Sequence record: SRR9188677_103
Reading direction: 5' to 3' (one strand)
Length of the DNA: 64,000 nucleotides
Part shown: in pieces, positions 1-12,654 of the stretch
Numbering within the stretch: the stretch's first letter is position 1
Layout: every line of letters begins with the position of its first letter
Notes under the pieces: model-generated
Database searches by the model: none
Seen by the model: only the letters and a program-made list of their open reading frames with translations
What the model was told of the DNA's origin: nothing
Program-made: the position numbers and the translations under genes

Positions 1-1268
<1,268 letters not shown>

Positions 1269-1318
1269 TTAAAATGAGCGCTTTTATGCCAGAAAATCCG
1301 GGTTTTCCGACTTGGCGG

Positions 1319-1326
1319 CAAAGGTA
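1319..1326 (-). promoter_or_regulatory. Bacteroidota sigma70 -7 element for atpD (TACCTTTG)
   Basis: Matches TAnnTTTG about 70 nt upstream of the atpD ATG; a TTTG (-33-like) lies at 1349-1352. Confidence 0.6.
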
Positions 1327-1499
1327 AGGGGATGCGCCTGAAAAATGCCAAAAACAGTAACTGAAACTGTAAAATTGTGGGTAAAAAGCGGGGATTTTTG
1401 CATTATCTGAGCAGGAACCAGTAACGCTAAAGGATAGAATCCGGGTTTACAAGGCTAAAATGGGCATTTTGATAGCCGGATAAGTGGGTGCAGGCCGGT

Positions 1500-1859
1500 C
1501 TATTTGCCCTTCCATAACCCAAACAATAATTTCAGGGCTCCAAAGATGCCCAGTTTTTTGGCGCCGCCCAGCAGGTCCGTTTTCCAATCAGCACCCGCAC
1601 CGGCCTGATCGCCGGATTTCCGGCTTTTGATCAGTTCAAAAGCGCCCTTCGCCAGTTTCCAGGCGCCGGAAGCCAGTTCGCCTCCCAGAAAAAGGGGAAC
1701 AATACCCCCTACGGCTGCTTTTAATGCTTCGCCGGGAAGCTGGTGCAGACGTTCCTTTACATCGGCCTCCTTCGCTTTCAGCCTGTTCTTCACCTCGTAC
1801 ATTTCTGTATGAAGGTCGGCCAGTGAGCTGATCTGTTTTGTATTCGTCTGGTTATTCAT
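1500..1859 (-). CDS. Small hypothetical protein, third gene of the YtxH/holin-like operon
   Basis: ORF from MNNQTNTKQ (ATG 1859) overlaps the upstream stop; coiled N-terminus and hydrophobic segments. Confidence 0.65.
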   Translation of the reverse strand: MNNQTNTKQISSLADLHTEMYEVKNRLKAKEADVKERLHQLPGEALKAAVGGIVPLFLGGELASGAWKLAKGAFELIKSRKSGDQAGAGADWKTDLLGGAKKLGIFGALKLLFGLWKGK

Positions 1860-2214
1860 CCTTATCCTGTGTTTTGGCAAAGAAAATCCGGATCATAGTA
1901 TCGATCACTTTCGCTTCTACTTTTTTACGTCCCAGTATGAGTGCAACCAGTAATAAAACATAAAAACCGGTTACAATACCGAAACCGGTAAACAGGCTAC
2001 CTGTAATCTCTGAAAAATAATAGCCCGCCATGATGCTGAGAAACAGCAACACAAAAAAGGCAAGTAGTCCAACCATGATAATCGATACCATGGCTGCCAT
2101 CAGTTGTGCTGTTTTTTCGCCCGCCTGTAACTTCAGCAGCCAGATCCTGTCTCGCACATAAGATTCCACATCTTGTCGCGATGCAGCAAAAAAATCTTCT
2201 TTATGCTCTTCCAT
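1852..2214 (-). CDS. Phage holin family (YqjE/holin-X-like) membrane protein
   Basis: MEEHKEDFF start; YVRDRIWLLKLQAGEKTA followed by two TM helices; typical position after ytxH. Confidence 0.7.
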   Translation of the reverse strand: MEEHKEDFFAASRQDVESYVRDRIWLLKLQAGEKTAQLMAAMVSIIMVGLLAFFVLLFLSIMAGYYFSEITGSLFTGFGIVTGFYVLLLVALILGRKKVEAKVIDTMIRIFFAKTQDKDE

Positions 2215-2224
2215 TGTTTTCTGT

Positions 2225-2479
2225 TTAGGCACCTGTGCCGGTTTGCTGGGCTTTTTGTTCAAGATCGCTGATAAAGGCCTTGCCCTTGCTGAGCAGGTCA
2301 TTCACCGCAGTATCAAATTCATGCAATTTCTCTTTCAGCTCATCCTGCACTTTGTCGGCGCCTTCCTGAACATCACCCAGTATTTCCTGGCCTTTTTCCG
2401 TTTTCATGAACAGGGCCAGTGCTGCACCGGCTACTGCACCCAGCAGTAAACCAGCTATGAATTTTTGATTATTTGTCAT
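2225..2479 (-). CDS. YtxH domain-containing protein
   Basis: KFIAGLLLGAVAGAALALFMKTEKGQE N-terminal motif followed by a charged helical tail. Confidence 0.85.
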   Translation of the reverse strand: MTNNQKFIAGLLLGAVAGAALALFMKTEKGQEILGDVQEGADKVQDELKEKLHEFDTAVNDLLSKGKAFISDLEQKAQQTGTGA

Positions 2480-2626
2480 ATAGAACCGTTTGTTAAAATT
2501 GCGAACGAGGGCAGATATCAGTGGGGTTTTTGGTGAATTCCCGACTGACGTCCGGTATTCTATGAATGAAATCCATTTTTTCTTGTCTATCTTCACAAGA
2601 CATTTAGATTTCACTATACAAGGTAC

Positions 2627-3715
2627 ATGGAAAATCAACAGGATCACAAGATTAATCGTTACATATTTTTAGCAATTATTATCATTTTTGCCGGATTTCT
2701 GCTCTATAGTCTGGTAGAATTTTTTACTGCTTTCCTCGCGGCGATCATGTTTTATGTTTTAAGCAAACATTTTGTGGAGTGGCTGATCAAAAAGAAAAAC
2801 TGGAGTAAGTCCGCAGCGGCGGTACTGGTGATTGTGATCTCCTTTTTTATCATACTGGTACCCGTTTCGCTGATGGCGGCCATGTTATTCAAAAAAGCCC
2901 AGAGCATCGGCACCGACGTACAGGGCATCGTGGTACAACCGCTCCATCACCTGGATGCTGTTCTGCAGGAACATTTTCATGTAAAACTGATCACTGAAAA
3001 AACAATAGCAGAAGCACAGTCATTTGTAACCTCGCTGATATCATCCCTGTTAAGTCAGGGGTTAAACCTGCTGGGTACCATTACCATGATGTATTTCTTT
3101 CTCTACTTCCTGATCGTTAACATTAACCGGATGGAAGCCGCCATTATTTTTTACCTCCCGTTCAACCGGAAAAAAATTGAGCTGTTTGGCCATGAGCTGA
3201 AAGCACAAACCTTCAGTAATGCCGTAGGCGTACCACTGGTAGCCATCGCGCAGGGAACAGTGGCTTATATTTCTTACCTGATAGCCGGTATTGACGAGCC
3301 TGGCTTCTGGGCTGTATTTACCGGTTTTACTTCTATCATACCAATAGTGGGTACCGGTTTGATCTGGGTACCTATGAGTATTATTATACTCGCCAACAAT
3401 CATATCTGGCAGGGTATTTTTCTGTTAAGCTGGGGCTTGATCGTTTTAAGCAGTGTAGACAATGTGGTACGTTTTGTACTGGCCCGGAAAATGGCCGATG
3501 TACATCCTGTCGTAACTATTCTGGGTGTGATTGTGGGAATCCGGTATTTTGGCATAACAGGCCTGATTTTTGGCCCCTTGATCATTTCGTATTTTATTAT
3601 TTTATTACGGATCTATTACCTCGAATACCAGAAACCGCTGCCGCTGATCAGAAAGAAACCTATGCCCAAACCCTATTTCAATATGCCTTTTCTCAGTACC
3701 AAAAAGAAAGGCTGA
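2627..3715 (+). CDS. AI-2E family transporter
   Basis: 362 aa multi-TM; IIPIVGTGLIWVP, DNVVR, VHPVVTILGVIVG..FGITGLIFGP motifs. Confidence 0.9.
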   Translation: MENQQDHKINRYIFLAIIIIFAGFLLYSLVEFFTAFLAAIMFYVLSKHFVEWLIKKKNWSKSAAAVLVIVISFFIILVPVSLMAAMLFKKAQSIGTDVQGIVVQPLHHLDAVLQEHFHVKLITEKTIAEAQSFVTSLISSLLSQGLNLLGTITMMYFFLYFLIVNINRMEAAIIFYLPFNRKKIELFGHELKAQTFSNAVGVPLVAIAQGTVAYISYLIAGIDEPGFWAVFTGFTSIIPIVGTGLIWVPMSIIILANNHIWQGIFLLSWGLIVLSSVDNVVRFVLARKMADVHPVVTILGVIVGIRYFGITGLIFGPLIISYFIILLRIYYLEYQKPLPLIRKKPMPKPYFNMPFLSTKKKG

Positions 3716-3717
3716 GT

Positions 3718-4425
3718 TTAGGCGATCCACTGGTATACTAAAGCAGCCAGCACAGCACCCACCAATGGACTCACTACCGGGTTCCAGCTATACCACCAAT
3801 CGCTTCCGCCTTTGTTTTTAATGGGAAGTAAGGCATGCATGATACGTGGACCCAGATCGCGCGCGGGATTGATCGCATATCCGGTAGTTCCACCCAGGCT
3901 CAGTCCGATCCCCAGTACCAGTAATGATACGGGCAAAGCATCCAGTGCCCCCAACGAGTTCTGCGATTTGGTGATGAACAATATGGCGAGGATGAACACA
4001 AAAGTGCCGATCAGTTCTGAGAGAATATTATCCACCGGATTTTTAATGGCCGGACCGGTACAGAAAACAGCCCTTTTGGTGTCTGCATCTTCTGTAGCAT
4101 TAAAATGCTGGCGGTAAACAATCCAAACAAGTAAAGCTCCCAGCATAGCCCCCAGCAACTGTGCCAGTAGATACCCGGGTACCAGTGCCCAATCAAACTT
4201 TCCGATAGTTGCCAGCGCAATTGTTACGGCCGGATTAAGATGCGCACCACTGATACCGGCCGTAGCATACACACCTACAAATACCGCAATGGCCCAACCG
4301 AAAGTGATGGCAATAAGGCCTCCATTGTTTCCTTTTGTTTTGTTAAGCACCACATTGGCAACAACCCCATCTCCCAGGATAATGAGTAAAGCGGTACCGG
4401 TGAGTTCGGCAACAAAAGCTGTCAT
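3718..4425 (-). CDS. glpF: Glycerol uptake facilitator (MIP aquaglyceroporin)
   Basis: SGAHLNPAVT and AINPARDLGPR NPA boxes with the Asp typical of glycerol channels; downstream of glpK-glpD. Confidence 0.95.
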   Translation of the reverse strand: MTAFVAELTGTALLIILGDGVVANVVLNKTKGNNGGLIAITFGWAIAVFVGVYATAGISGAHLNPAVTIALATIGKFDWALVPGYLLAQLLGAMLGALLVWIVYRQHFNATEDADTKRAVFCTGPAIKNPVDNILSELIGTFVFILAILFITKSQNSLGALDALPVSLLVLGIGLSLGGTTGYAINPARDLGPRIMHALLPIKNKGGSDWWYSWNPVVSPLVGAVLAALVYQWIA

Positions 4426-4458
4426 ACGTCAAATATTTAGAATTAAAAGATAGGAAAA

Positions 4459-5976
4459 TTATACAAGCAAATATTGTTTGGCCAGTGAGGTGAAACCGGT
4501 TACCTGTTCTTCCACCCATGCTTGTTCTTTGCCCAGTTCCTTCCCGATAAAGGCTGCCACTGCGGGTGCCAGTGCCATAGCAGCATGGGCATCCAGGAAT
4601 AACAAACGGGTTCGGCGGGCCAGCAGGTCTTCCGGGGTTTGCGCCATTTCATATCGGATGGCATAGAGGATCTCCGCCCAGGTATACGGATAGGCAGGAT
4701 GTAATTTTTCAGCCAAAGCGGGATCTTCTGCTATCAAAGCAGCCAAGATCTTTTTGCGTCCTGCCGGGTCTCCTATCCGCAGATCGCGGGTAATACATTC
4801 TCTTTTGGCGAGCTTGGCAACAAACACCGCATTATCTACCGCATCTTCCGCCATCTTGCGGTAGGTGGTCCATTTACCACCGGTAACCGTTACCAGTCCG
4901 CTCGCCGCTATCAACAAAGTATGATCGCGCGATAAAAGTGCGGTGCTGCCGGTTCCACTTCTTTTTACCAGCGGGCGCAATCCTACAAACACAGATTTTA
5001 CATCGCTGCGGCGGATGGTAAAACTGCCGTAGCGGTTAATATGCTCGAGTATAAAGTTGATTTCTTCTTCCAGTGGTTTGGGCTCTATCACAGCGGTATC
5101 GATCGGTGTATCGGTGGTACCCAATACTACCTGCTGGTGCCAGGGCACGGCAAATAATACCCGGCCATCATCGGTTTTAGGGATCATCATCGCATCATTT
5201 CCCGGAAAAAAATGTTTATCCACTACCAGGTGTATCCCCTGGGAAGGAGAAACCATATCTTCCCGGCTGCTATCATCCATCTGCAGCAGTACATCAGTAA
5301 AAACACCTGTTGCGTTGATTACCGACCTTGCCGGCACCGTATAGCGGTTACCGGTAAGTGTATCCTCCAGTTGCACAGCCACTATTTTTTCTTTCTCTTT
5401 TTCAAAACCTACCGCTTTGCAATAATTCACAAGAGAAGCTCCGTATTTGATAGCAGTAATAGCAAGATCAGTACAAAGGCGACTATCATCAAATTGCCCA
5501 TCATAATATAAAACACCACCGGAGAGCCCCTTGGTACTGATAGCGGGCAAACGGCTGATCGTTTGTTTGCGGGAGAGAATTTTGGTTTTACCGAGCGACA
5601 GTTTACCAGACAATAGATCGTACATACTTAACCCAATGGCATAGTACGCTTTCTCCCACCAGCGAAAGGCAGGCACGATAAAAGCCTGGATAGACGTAAG
5701 ATGAGGCGCATTTTTAAGGAGATACCCTCTCTCTCGCAGCGCTTCTCTCACCAGTTTGATATTTCCCTGCTGCAGGTAACGTACCCCGCCATGCACCAGT
5801 TTGGTAGAACGGCTGGATGTTCCTTTGGCAAAATCGTACTGCTCCACCAGCAGGGTTTTATATCCCCGCGAAGCAGCATCTACGGCGGCACCCAAACCCG
5901 TGGCTCCTCCCCCGATAATCACCATATCCCATTGCGAACCGGGACTGAGTTGTTGAAGAGTGGAGTGGCGGTGCAT
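4459..5976 (-). CDS. glpD: FAD-dependent glycerol-3-phosphate dehydrogenase
   Basis: IIGGGATGLG, DFAKGTSSRSTKLVHGGVRYL, GGKWTTYRKMAE, LARRTRL motifs. Confidence 0.95.
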   Translation of the reverse strand: MHRHSTLQQLSPGSQWDMVIIGGGATGLGAAVDAASRGYKTLLVEQYDFAKGTSSRSTKLVHGGVRYLQQGNIKLVREALRERGYLLKNAPHLTSIQAFIVPAFRWWEKAYYAIGLSMYDLLSGKLSLGKTKILSRKQTISRLPAISTKGLSGGVLYYDGQFDDSRLCTDLAITAIKYGASLVNYCKAVGFEKEKEKIVAVQLEDTLTGNRYTVPARSVINATGVFTDVLLQMDDSSREDMVSPSQGIHLVVDKHFFPGNDAMMIPKTDDGRVLFAVPWHQQVVLGTTDTPIDTAVIEPKPLEEEINFILEHINRYGSFTIRRSDVKSVFVGLRPLVKRSGTGSTALLSRDHTLLIAASGLVTVTGGKWTTYRKMAEDAVDNAVFVAKLAKRECITRDLRIGDPAGRKKILAALIAEDPALAEKLHPAYPYTWAEILYAIRYEMAQTPEDLLARRTRLLFLDAHAAMALAPAVAAFIGKELGKEQAWVEEQVTGFTSLAKQYLLV

Positions 5977-5981
5977 GGAGT

Positions 5982-6029
5982 AATGAGTGAATGAGTGGGT
6001 GAGAGAATGAGTGAATGATAGAATGATAG
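5982..6029. repeat. Intergenic 8-bp tandem repeat, 6 units, consensus AATGAGTG
   Basis: aatgagtg aatgagtg ggtgagag aatgagtg aatgatag aatgatag fills most of the glpK-glpD spacer. Confidence 0.9.
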
Positions 6030-6036
6030 AATTTTT

Positions 6037-7536
<1,500 letters not shown>

Positions 7537-7580
7537 TCATTTTGTTGAAGTTAGGGATTTTGGAAATTGCGTGGCCAGGG

Positions 7581-7755
7581 GGTGAGTTGGGAATGGTGAA
7601 TAGGCAATAGTCAATGGACACAAAACAATGAGCGAATGAGTGAATGAGTGATTGAGCGAATGCTGAAATCCAATCAGCAAACTACCAAAGACTGTGCGGA
7701 GTGAGTGGTAAATTGTCAATCCGCTAATCCGACATCCGTTAATCCGCTAATTGCC
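7581..7755. repeat. Cluster of three short tandem repeat tracts (7-mers and two kinds of 8-mer)
   Basis: 7-mers ggtgagt/tgggaat/ggtgaat/aggcaat/agtcaat at 7581-7615; AATGAG(C/T)G-like units at 7627-7666; AATCCGCT-like units at 7718-7755. Confidence 0.8.
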
Positions 7756-9102
7756 CTACCGCTTTGGTTTTAGCCAGTTTTCCGGATCCTGCTGAACACT
7801 TTTATCGTTCATGATAGAAAAGAGTAAAATGCCTTCCCCATCAATGGATATGCCGGATTTACCCAGAGCAGTACCGGCTTTCACTTCCTGGTCTCTGCTA
7901 ACGGAAACCGATGACAGATTCTGGTATCCGCAAAAATATTTACCATGCTGTACTACCAGCACCTGCTGCCCGTCTACTTCGCCTGCATAAATCACTTTGC
8001 CATCAGCAACGGATCGTACAGTAGATCCTATCGGAAGTGAAATCTCAATCCCATCTGTTCGGCGACTCAGTTTTGTTCCGGCTATTTTTTCTACACCGTG
8101 ATGTGCGGTAACCAGTCCTGTTGAAACGGGCCAGGGCAGACGACCTTTGTTATTCTCAAAATTGATAGACATTTCGCGTTCCTCCGGAGTAGATTCCAGG
8201 GGAGTGTAGGTCCGGTTCCGCGCCGGGGCTGCCACACCTGTTACCGGCTCGTTACTGAGACTGGTAGAGGGTTTAGCCGGTTTGGCGGCCGTATTATTTT
8301 TGGCAAGTCCGGCTGCGGCCGCTTTTTTCTGGTCTTCCAGTGCTTTTTGCCGGGCCAGTTCCCTTTTCTTCGCTTCTTCTATCTCCCGTCGGATAATGGC
8401 ATTAAAAGCCTGCTGCACACGCTGCCTTTGTTTTTCTTTATCACTAACCTGGCGGGCCAGTTCTTTTTCTTTTCCTTTTAACTGGGCCACTACCTGGTCC
8501 TGCTCTTTTTTATCGGCTTCCAGCACTTTTAATTGCTGGCTCTGGGTTTGCAGAACACCCAATCTTTCTTTTTTGTTAGTGCTGAGCACACTGATCTTTT
8601 CCTGCAGTAATTGATCAGATTTCATGATGGCATTGGCCTGTGTTTCGCGGTTCTGGCGGTAACTTTTAAGATAAGTTACCCGCTTAATGGCATCATTAAA
8701 ACTACTGGCTGAAAACAGAAAGTTCAGGTATTCATAACTACTTCTGTTCTTGTAAGCGAAAACGATACTTTTGGCGTATTTGACTGTTAGGGTGTCCAGT
8801 TCTTTGCGTAAACGATAGATATCCCGCTCATTGGTAAAAATCGTTTCATCCATCTGCCTTACCTGGCGGTTGATACTGTTAACCAGTTCTTCCCGTTTGT
8901 TGATCTTGCTTTTAATGATAGCCAGCTGTTTCAAAGAGATCTTTTTGTTGTTCTGTGTTTCATTGATCATCCGGTTCAGATCGGCGATCTCCTTTTGCAG
9001 CTCCTGTTCCTTTTTCTGCAGTTCTTCCCTTGTATTCTGTGCAAAAGCACAAAAAATTGTCATCATCACAAGAAAGAAAACAGAAAAAAGTCTTTTACGC
9101 AT
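7756..9102 (-). CDS. Murein hydrolase activator EnvC family (coiled coil + degenerate M23/LytM domain)
   Basis: Signal peptide, long coiled coil, KGRLPWPV...GIEI...VADGKV...VQHG..Y; zinc-ligand His residues absent as in EnvC. Confidence 0.85.
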   Translation of the reverse strand: MRKRLFSVFFLVMMTIFCAFAQNTREELQKKEQELQKEIADLNRMINETQNNKKISLKQLAIIKSKINKREELVNSINRQVRQMDETIFTNERDIYRLRKELDTLTVKYAKSIVFAYKNRSSYEYLNFLFSASSFNDAIKRVTYLKSYRQNRETQANAIMKSDQLLQEKISVLSTNKKERLGVLQTQSQQLKVLEADKKEQDQVVAQLKGKEKELARQVSDKEKQRQRVQQAFNAIIRREIEEAKKRELARQKALEDQKKAAAAGLAKNNTAAKPAKPSTSLSNEPVTGVAAPARNRTYTPLESTPEEREMSINFENNKGRLPWPVSTGLVTAHHGVEKIAGTKLSRRTDGIEISLPIGSTVRSVADGKVIYAGEVDGQQVLVVQHGKYFCGYQNLSSVSVSRDQEVKAGTALGKSGISIDGEGILLFSIMNDKSVQQDPENWLKPKR

Positions 9103-9166
9103 AACTACTGAATTTATAGGTAACCCCAGCCCGCGGTCCTGTAAGAACGGCTAAGATGCAGGTAAA

Positions 9167-10006
9167 TTACTTACGCTTGTATTTTTTAGGTGGTTCAAAA
9201 TTGTATTTTAACGGTTCATTTAGGTTAAACTCTTTAAAATCGAGGTAAATATCCAGCTTAGAATTTTCTGCCACTGAAATACTGCGGTAAGTGGCAAAAC
9301 GGTAGGATCCCATTGGCTGATAATTGCCAAAAGTAATATCACAGGTACGGTTTCGCTGCAGATCCACATCGTCCAGTTTGCTGTGGAGAACTTTAAAATC
9401 GGAATTATCGAGTGTCAGCAGGTGTTTGAACACATCTCCCACCATCAGCACCAGCAACTGACTGGCACCGGCCTTATAAGAAACCACATTGTTATCAAGG
9501 AAAATAGGGTTACCAATCAGGATATTCTGGATCGTAGCAAAATCAAAAGGAATCTGCGTTACCTCCTGCAGGTAATTGATAGAGCGGTACATCACATATT
9601 TCTCTCCGGCATGCCTCACTACCGTAACACTGTCTTTTTTGATCTTGGCTTCCAGTCCCAAACCCGGTATGCCCAGAAAGGTACCGGTAACTTTTATGAG
9701 TATGACACTGTCTTTCTTCATACTCAGGTACACGGTATAATTATCACTTTTTTCAGCGCCCTCGTAGGATGCTTTTATTTTGGCGTTAAACGTATTAAAA
9801 TCGATCTTACTGGTAGCTACTTTCCCAAGAATTTCTTTCACAATGGCTTCAGAATCCACCTGCGGCGATTCTTTGATAACAATGGTCTGTGCCGTATCTT
9901 TTTTGGTGATCGCTTCCTGAATCACCTGTGTCTTTTTTACGGTTGTGCAGGATAGTGAGGCAAACACCACACTGAAAAAGACCAGAAATAGCTGTTTCAT
10001 AGACAT
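9167..10006 (-). CDS. DUF4292 family lipoprotein
   Basis: Lipobox SLSC; MKKDSVILI and IPFDFATIQNILIGNP motifs; usual dut-DUF4292-envC synteny. Confidence 0.8.
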   Translation of the reverse strand: MSMKQLFLVFFSVVFASLSCTTVKKTQVIQEAITKKDTAQTIVIKESPQVDSEAIVKEILGKVATSKIDFNTFNAKIKASYEGAEKSDNYTVYLSMKKDSVILIKVTGTFLGIPGLGLEAKIKKDSVTVVRHAGEKYVMYRSINYLQEVTQIPFDFATIQNILIGNPIFLDNNVVSYKAGASQLLVLMVGDVFKHLLTLDNSDFKVLHSKLDDVDLQRNRTCDITFGNYQPMGSYRFATYRSISVAENSKLDIYLDFKEFNLNEPLKYNFEPPKKYKRK

Positions 10007-10012
10007 GGGGGG

Positions 10013-10459
10013 TTATTTTCCGGTGTGCCCGAATCCGCCGGCACCTCTTTCTGTTGCTGAAATTCCGCTGACAGGTTTCCAGTTAATTTTTTCTACTTTC
10101 TGCAATACCATTTGTGCAATACGGTCTCCGGTTCTGATGGTTTGGGGTTCCAGTGAAAGATTAATGAGGATCACTTTGATCTCACCCCTGTAATCAGCAT
10201 CGATAGTGCCTGGTGTATTCAGGCAGGTAATGCCCTGTTTTACAGCAAGTCCGCTGCGTGGCCTGATCTGTACTTCAAACCCATCCGGAATCTCGAGAAA
10301 CAGTCCGGTAGGGATCAAAGCCCTTTGCATCGGCTGCAGTATCAATTCGTTTTCCAGAAAAGCGCTGATATCCATCCCGGATGAACCTCCGGTTGCATAT
10401 GCGGGCAAGGGATTATCCGAGTGGTTAATGATCGGAATAGAGAGACTGTTATCTGGCAT
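10013..10459 (-). CDS. dut: dUTP diphosphatase
   Basis: [49 protein letters not shown] at 10459. Confidence 0.97.
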   Translation of the reverse strand: MPDNSLSIPIINHSDNPLPAYATGGSSGMDISAFLENELILQPMQRALIPTGLFLEIPDGFEVQIRPRSGLAVKQGITCLNTPGTIDADYRGEIKVILINLSLEPQTIRTGDRIAQMVLQKVEKINWKPVSGISATERGAGGFGHTGK

Positions 10460-10464
10460 GGCTG

Positions 10465-10472
10465 CAAATGTA
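10465..10472 (-). promoter_or_regulatory. -7 promoter element (TACATTTG) 5 nt before the dut ATG
   Basis: Minus strand reads TACATTTG-CAGCC-ATG. Confidence 0.6.
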
Positions 10473-10597
10473 GGAAATGTATGAGAGTTGTTGGCATACC
10501 CGGCAACCGAAATGAGCGCACATGCCTCCACAACAGGCCATTCTTTGTTCGTTTTGATCAAAAATGGATTCATTGCTGTTTAGACAGCCAGATATCC

Positions 10598-10605
10598 TAT
10601 TTTTG
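10598..10605 (+). promoter_or_regulatory. -7 promoter element (TATTTTTG) for the lipoprotein gene
   Basis: TAnnTTTG match 39 nt upstream of ATG 10645, divergent from dut. Confidence 0.45.
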
Positions 10606-10644
10606 AAAGGTATAACAGCCCGGGCAAGAGGTCCGTATTACGAT

Positions 10645-11307
10645 ATGAGAAAAACTTTCTACTTCCGGTATATGATGGGGGTTTGCCTGACCGGCATGCT
10701 GCTCAGTGCCTGTACCAAAAACCTGACGCGTAAAACCATCCTCTTTGAAAATGATTTCGAAACCAGCCAGTTGAAGGGATTAGAGGCCTATGATATCAAC
10801 GGACCGATCTCCTCCAGCCTGATTGAAGACCTGAATGGCTCACAGGTGTTTGGCCGGTTTAATAACAACACCATCGTACTCACTATTCCCAGTCTGCCAA
10901 CGCATAATGCGGTTCAGATCGAGTTTGACCTGAATATTCATGATAAATGGGACGGTAATTATCTGGGTGCTACCAACAGGCCCGACATCTGGCAGATGAT
11001 GATCGATAACAATCCTGTGATCATTACTTCTTTTTCAAATACCATCTACCAGCAGTCCTACCCGGGTTTTTACAATCCAGGCAATCCCCGTCCGGCAAAA
11101 TCCAACGCCATTGAAACCGGCCTGAATGGTGTTTGCAGTTTAAAAAATGTTGCCGGTGGCAGCAGCCAGTACCGGATTGTAAAAACCGTGGCACATACCA
11201 GCGGCTCACTCACATTCTCCTGCAACGATGCATTACAACCGTTCAACAGCCTGTGTTTGAAAAGCTGGTCGATAGACAACCTTACCGTTACGGCGATAAA
11301 ATATTGA
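10645..11307 (+). CDS. Hypothetical lipoprotein (beta-rich)
   Basis: MRKTFYFRYMMGVCLTGMLLSA-C signal II/lipobox; ENDFE, IHDKWDGN, SWSIDNL suggest a jelly-roll-like fold. Confidence 0.7.
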   Translation: MRKTFYFRYMMGVCLTGMLLSACTKNLTRKTILFENDFETSQLKGLEAYDINGPISSSLIEDLNGSQVFGRFNNNTIVLTIPSLPTHNAVQIEFDLNIHDKWDGNYLGATNRPDIWQMMIDNNPVIITSFSNTIYQQSYPGFYNPGNPRPAKSNAIETGLNGVCSLKNVAGGSSQYRIVKTVAHTSGSLTFSCNDALQPFNSLCLKSWSIDNLTVTAIKY

Positions 11308-11356
11308 ATTTACAACTGAAGATGTTACCTGCATTGATTTAACCTGATTCCTATCC

Positions 11357-12637
11357 ATGGAAGAAAAAGACAGTAAACGCTATTTTAATATAAGGAACCT
11401 TCCTATCGGAACGATCCTCAACTTTTTTCATCTGGGTAGTATACAGATTTCCAATGCAGCATTGCAGATTCTTTTATTTCCAGTAATCATCCGGATAACT
11501 GGTCTGCCTGCTTTTGGTCATGTAATGGTGGCCAACTCTTTTGCCGGCCTGCTGGGCATTTTTATCAACTACGGCACCAACCAATCGGGCATAAAAGATA
11601 TTGCCCTCTGCCGCAATAACCCGGCCGCATTGTCGAAAAAATTCTACCCTGTATTTTTTATCCGGTTGCTTTTGTTCATCGTATGTCTGACGTTGATTCC
11701 CCTATTTAAAATATTCGCTCCGGCTAATTTCATTTTTATTTTATTCGCCGCCCCTCTGGTGCTTGCCGAAGTACTAAACCCGATCTTTTTCTTTATTGGC
11801 ATTGAGAAACTACTGGTTTATAATATCACCAATCTTGTATCAAAACTGACTTCCATTATCCTGATCATATTGTTTATCAGGGGCACCCAAGATGCTCATC
11901 TTGTGAACTTTTACCTGGGCTTATGTACGCTCGGCAGTTATTGTTTACTTTTCATTTTTGCTACTCAGCGCTATAAAATTGCTTTTTATCTTCCCGGCAT
12001 CCGGTCCTTATGGCATTTTATCCGTGAGAATGCCTATCTCACAGGCAATAATCTCTCTGTTCACCTGCAGCAGTCTTTTTTTCTTTTTATTCTTTCTGCT
12101 TCCGGAAACACGATGGTACTGGGCGCTTATGCTTTTTGCGATAAAATCATTTGGGCTTCCCGTTTATTTCTGATCTCTTTCTCAAGTGCTATTTATCCCC
12201 GTTTTACATTACTGTATCATGAGAATCGGAAAAAATGGGGGCGGTACAAACAAAATATCAACCTGATATTTTGTTTTGCGTTCACCGCTTCTGCAATTGT
12301 ATTCCTGTTACTTCCCGCGCAGATTGTTGCCATTTTTACCGGGGAGAAAACCAGTCTCGGAATTACCTATATCCGAGCCATAGCTTTCGCACCACTTATT
12401 ATAGCCCTCAATTCATTAAATCTGCTCGAATTGCTGATCAGAAATGCTTATGCTTCCATTTTCCGGATTTCATTGATTGTTTTTGGATTATCCATGTTGA
12501 CATCATTTTTCCTGATATCGTTGAAAGAACCCATTTATTACGGCTATTATCCGCTTCTGATAGAAACAAGTTGCCTTCTACTTTACCTTTTCTACCTCAG
12601 AAAGAACAGCGGTTCTGTACCTGAACTCACTATTTAG
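11357..12637 (+). CDS. wzx: Oligosaccharide flippase (Wzx)
   Basis: 426 aa multi-TM; FINYGTN..GIKDIA, FFFIGIEK, GAYAFCDKI, AIYPRF motifs of the PST family. Confidence 0.85.
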   Translation: MEEKDSKRYFNIRNLPIGTILNFFHLGSIQISNAALQILLFPVIIRITGLPAFGHVMVANSFAGLLGIFINYGTNQSGIKDIALCRNNPAALSKKFYPVFFIRLLLFIVCLTLIPLFKIFAPANFIFILFAAPLVLAEVLNPIFFFIGIEKLLVYNITNLVSKLTSIILIILFIRGTQDAHLVNFYLGLCTLGSYCLLFIFATQRYKIAFYLPGIRSLWHFIRENAYLTGNNLSVHLQQSFFLFILSASGNTMVLGAYAFCDKIIWASRLFLISFSSAIYPRFTLLYHENRKKWGRYKQNINLIFCFAFTASAIVFLLLPAQIVAIFTGEKTSLGITYIRAIAFAPLIIALNSLNLLELLIRNAYASIFRISLIVFGLSMLTSFFLISLKEPIYYGYYPLLIETSCLLLYLFYLRKNSGSVPELTI

Positions 12638-12654
12638 ATTTATTTTCGCTACCT

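Noticed and set aside
1852-2214. Holin-family gene as evidence for a prophage
   Set aside because: No other phage genes; YtxH plus holin-like plus small protein is an ordinary chromosomal arrangement.
7537-7719. 60-aa ORF upstream of glpK
   Set aside because: Translation of tandem repeats (HSLNHSFTHSL); no coding evidence.
7756-9102. Missing M23 zinc ligands as a sign of pseudogene
   Set aside because: Normal for EnvC-type activators.
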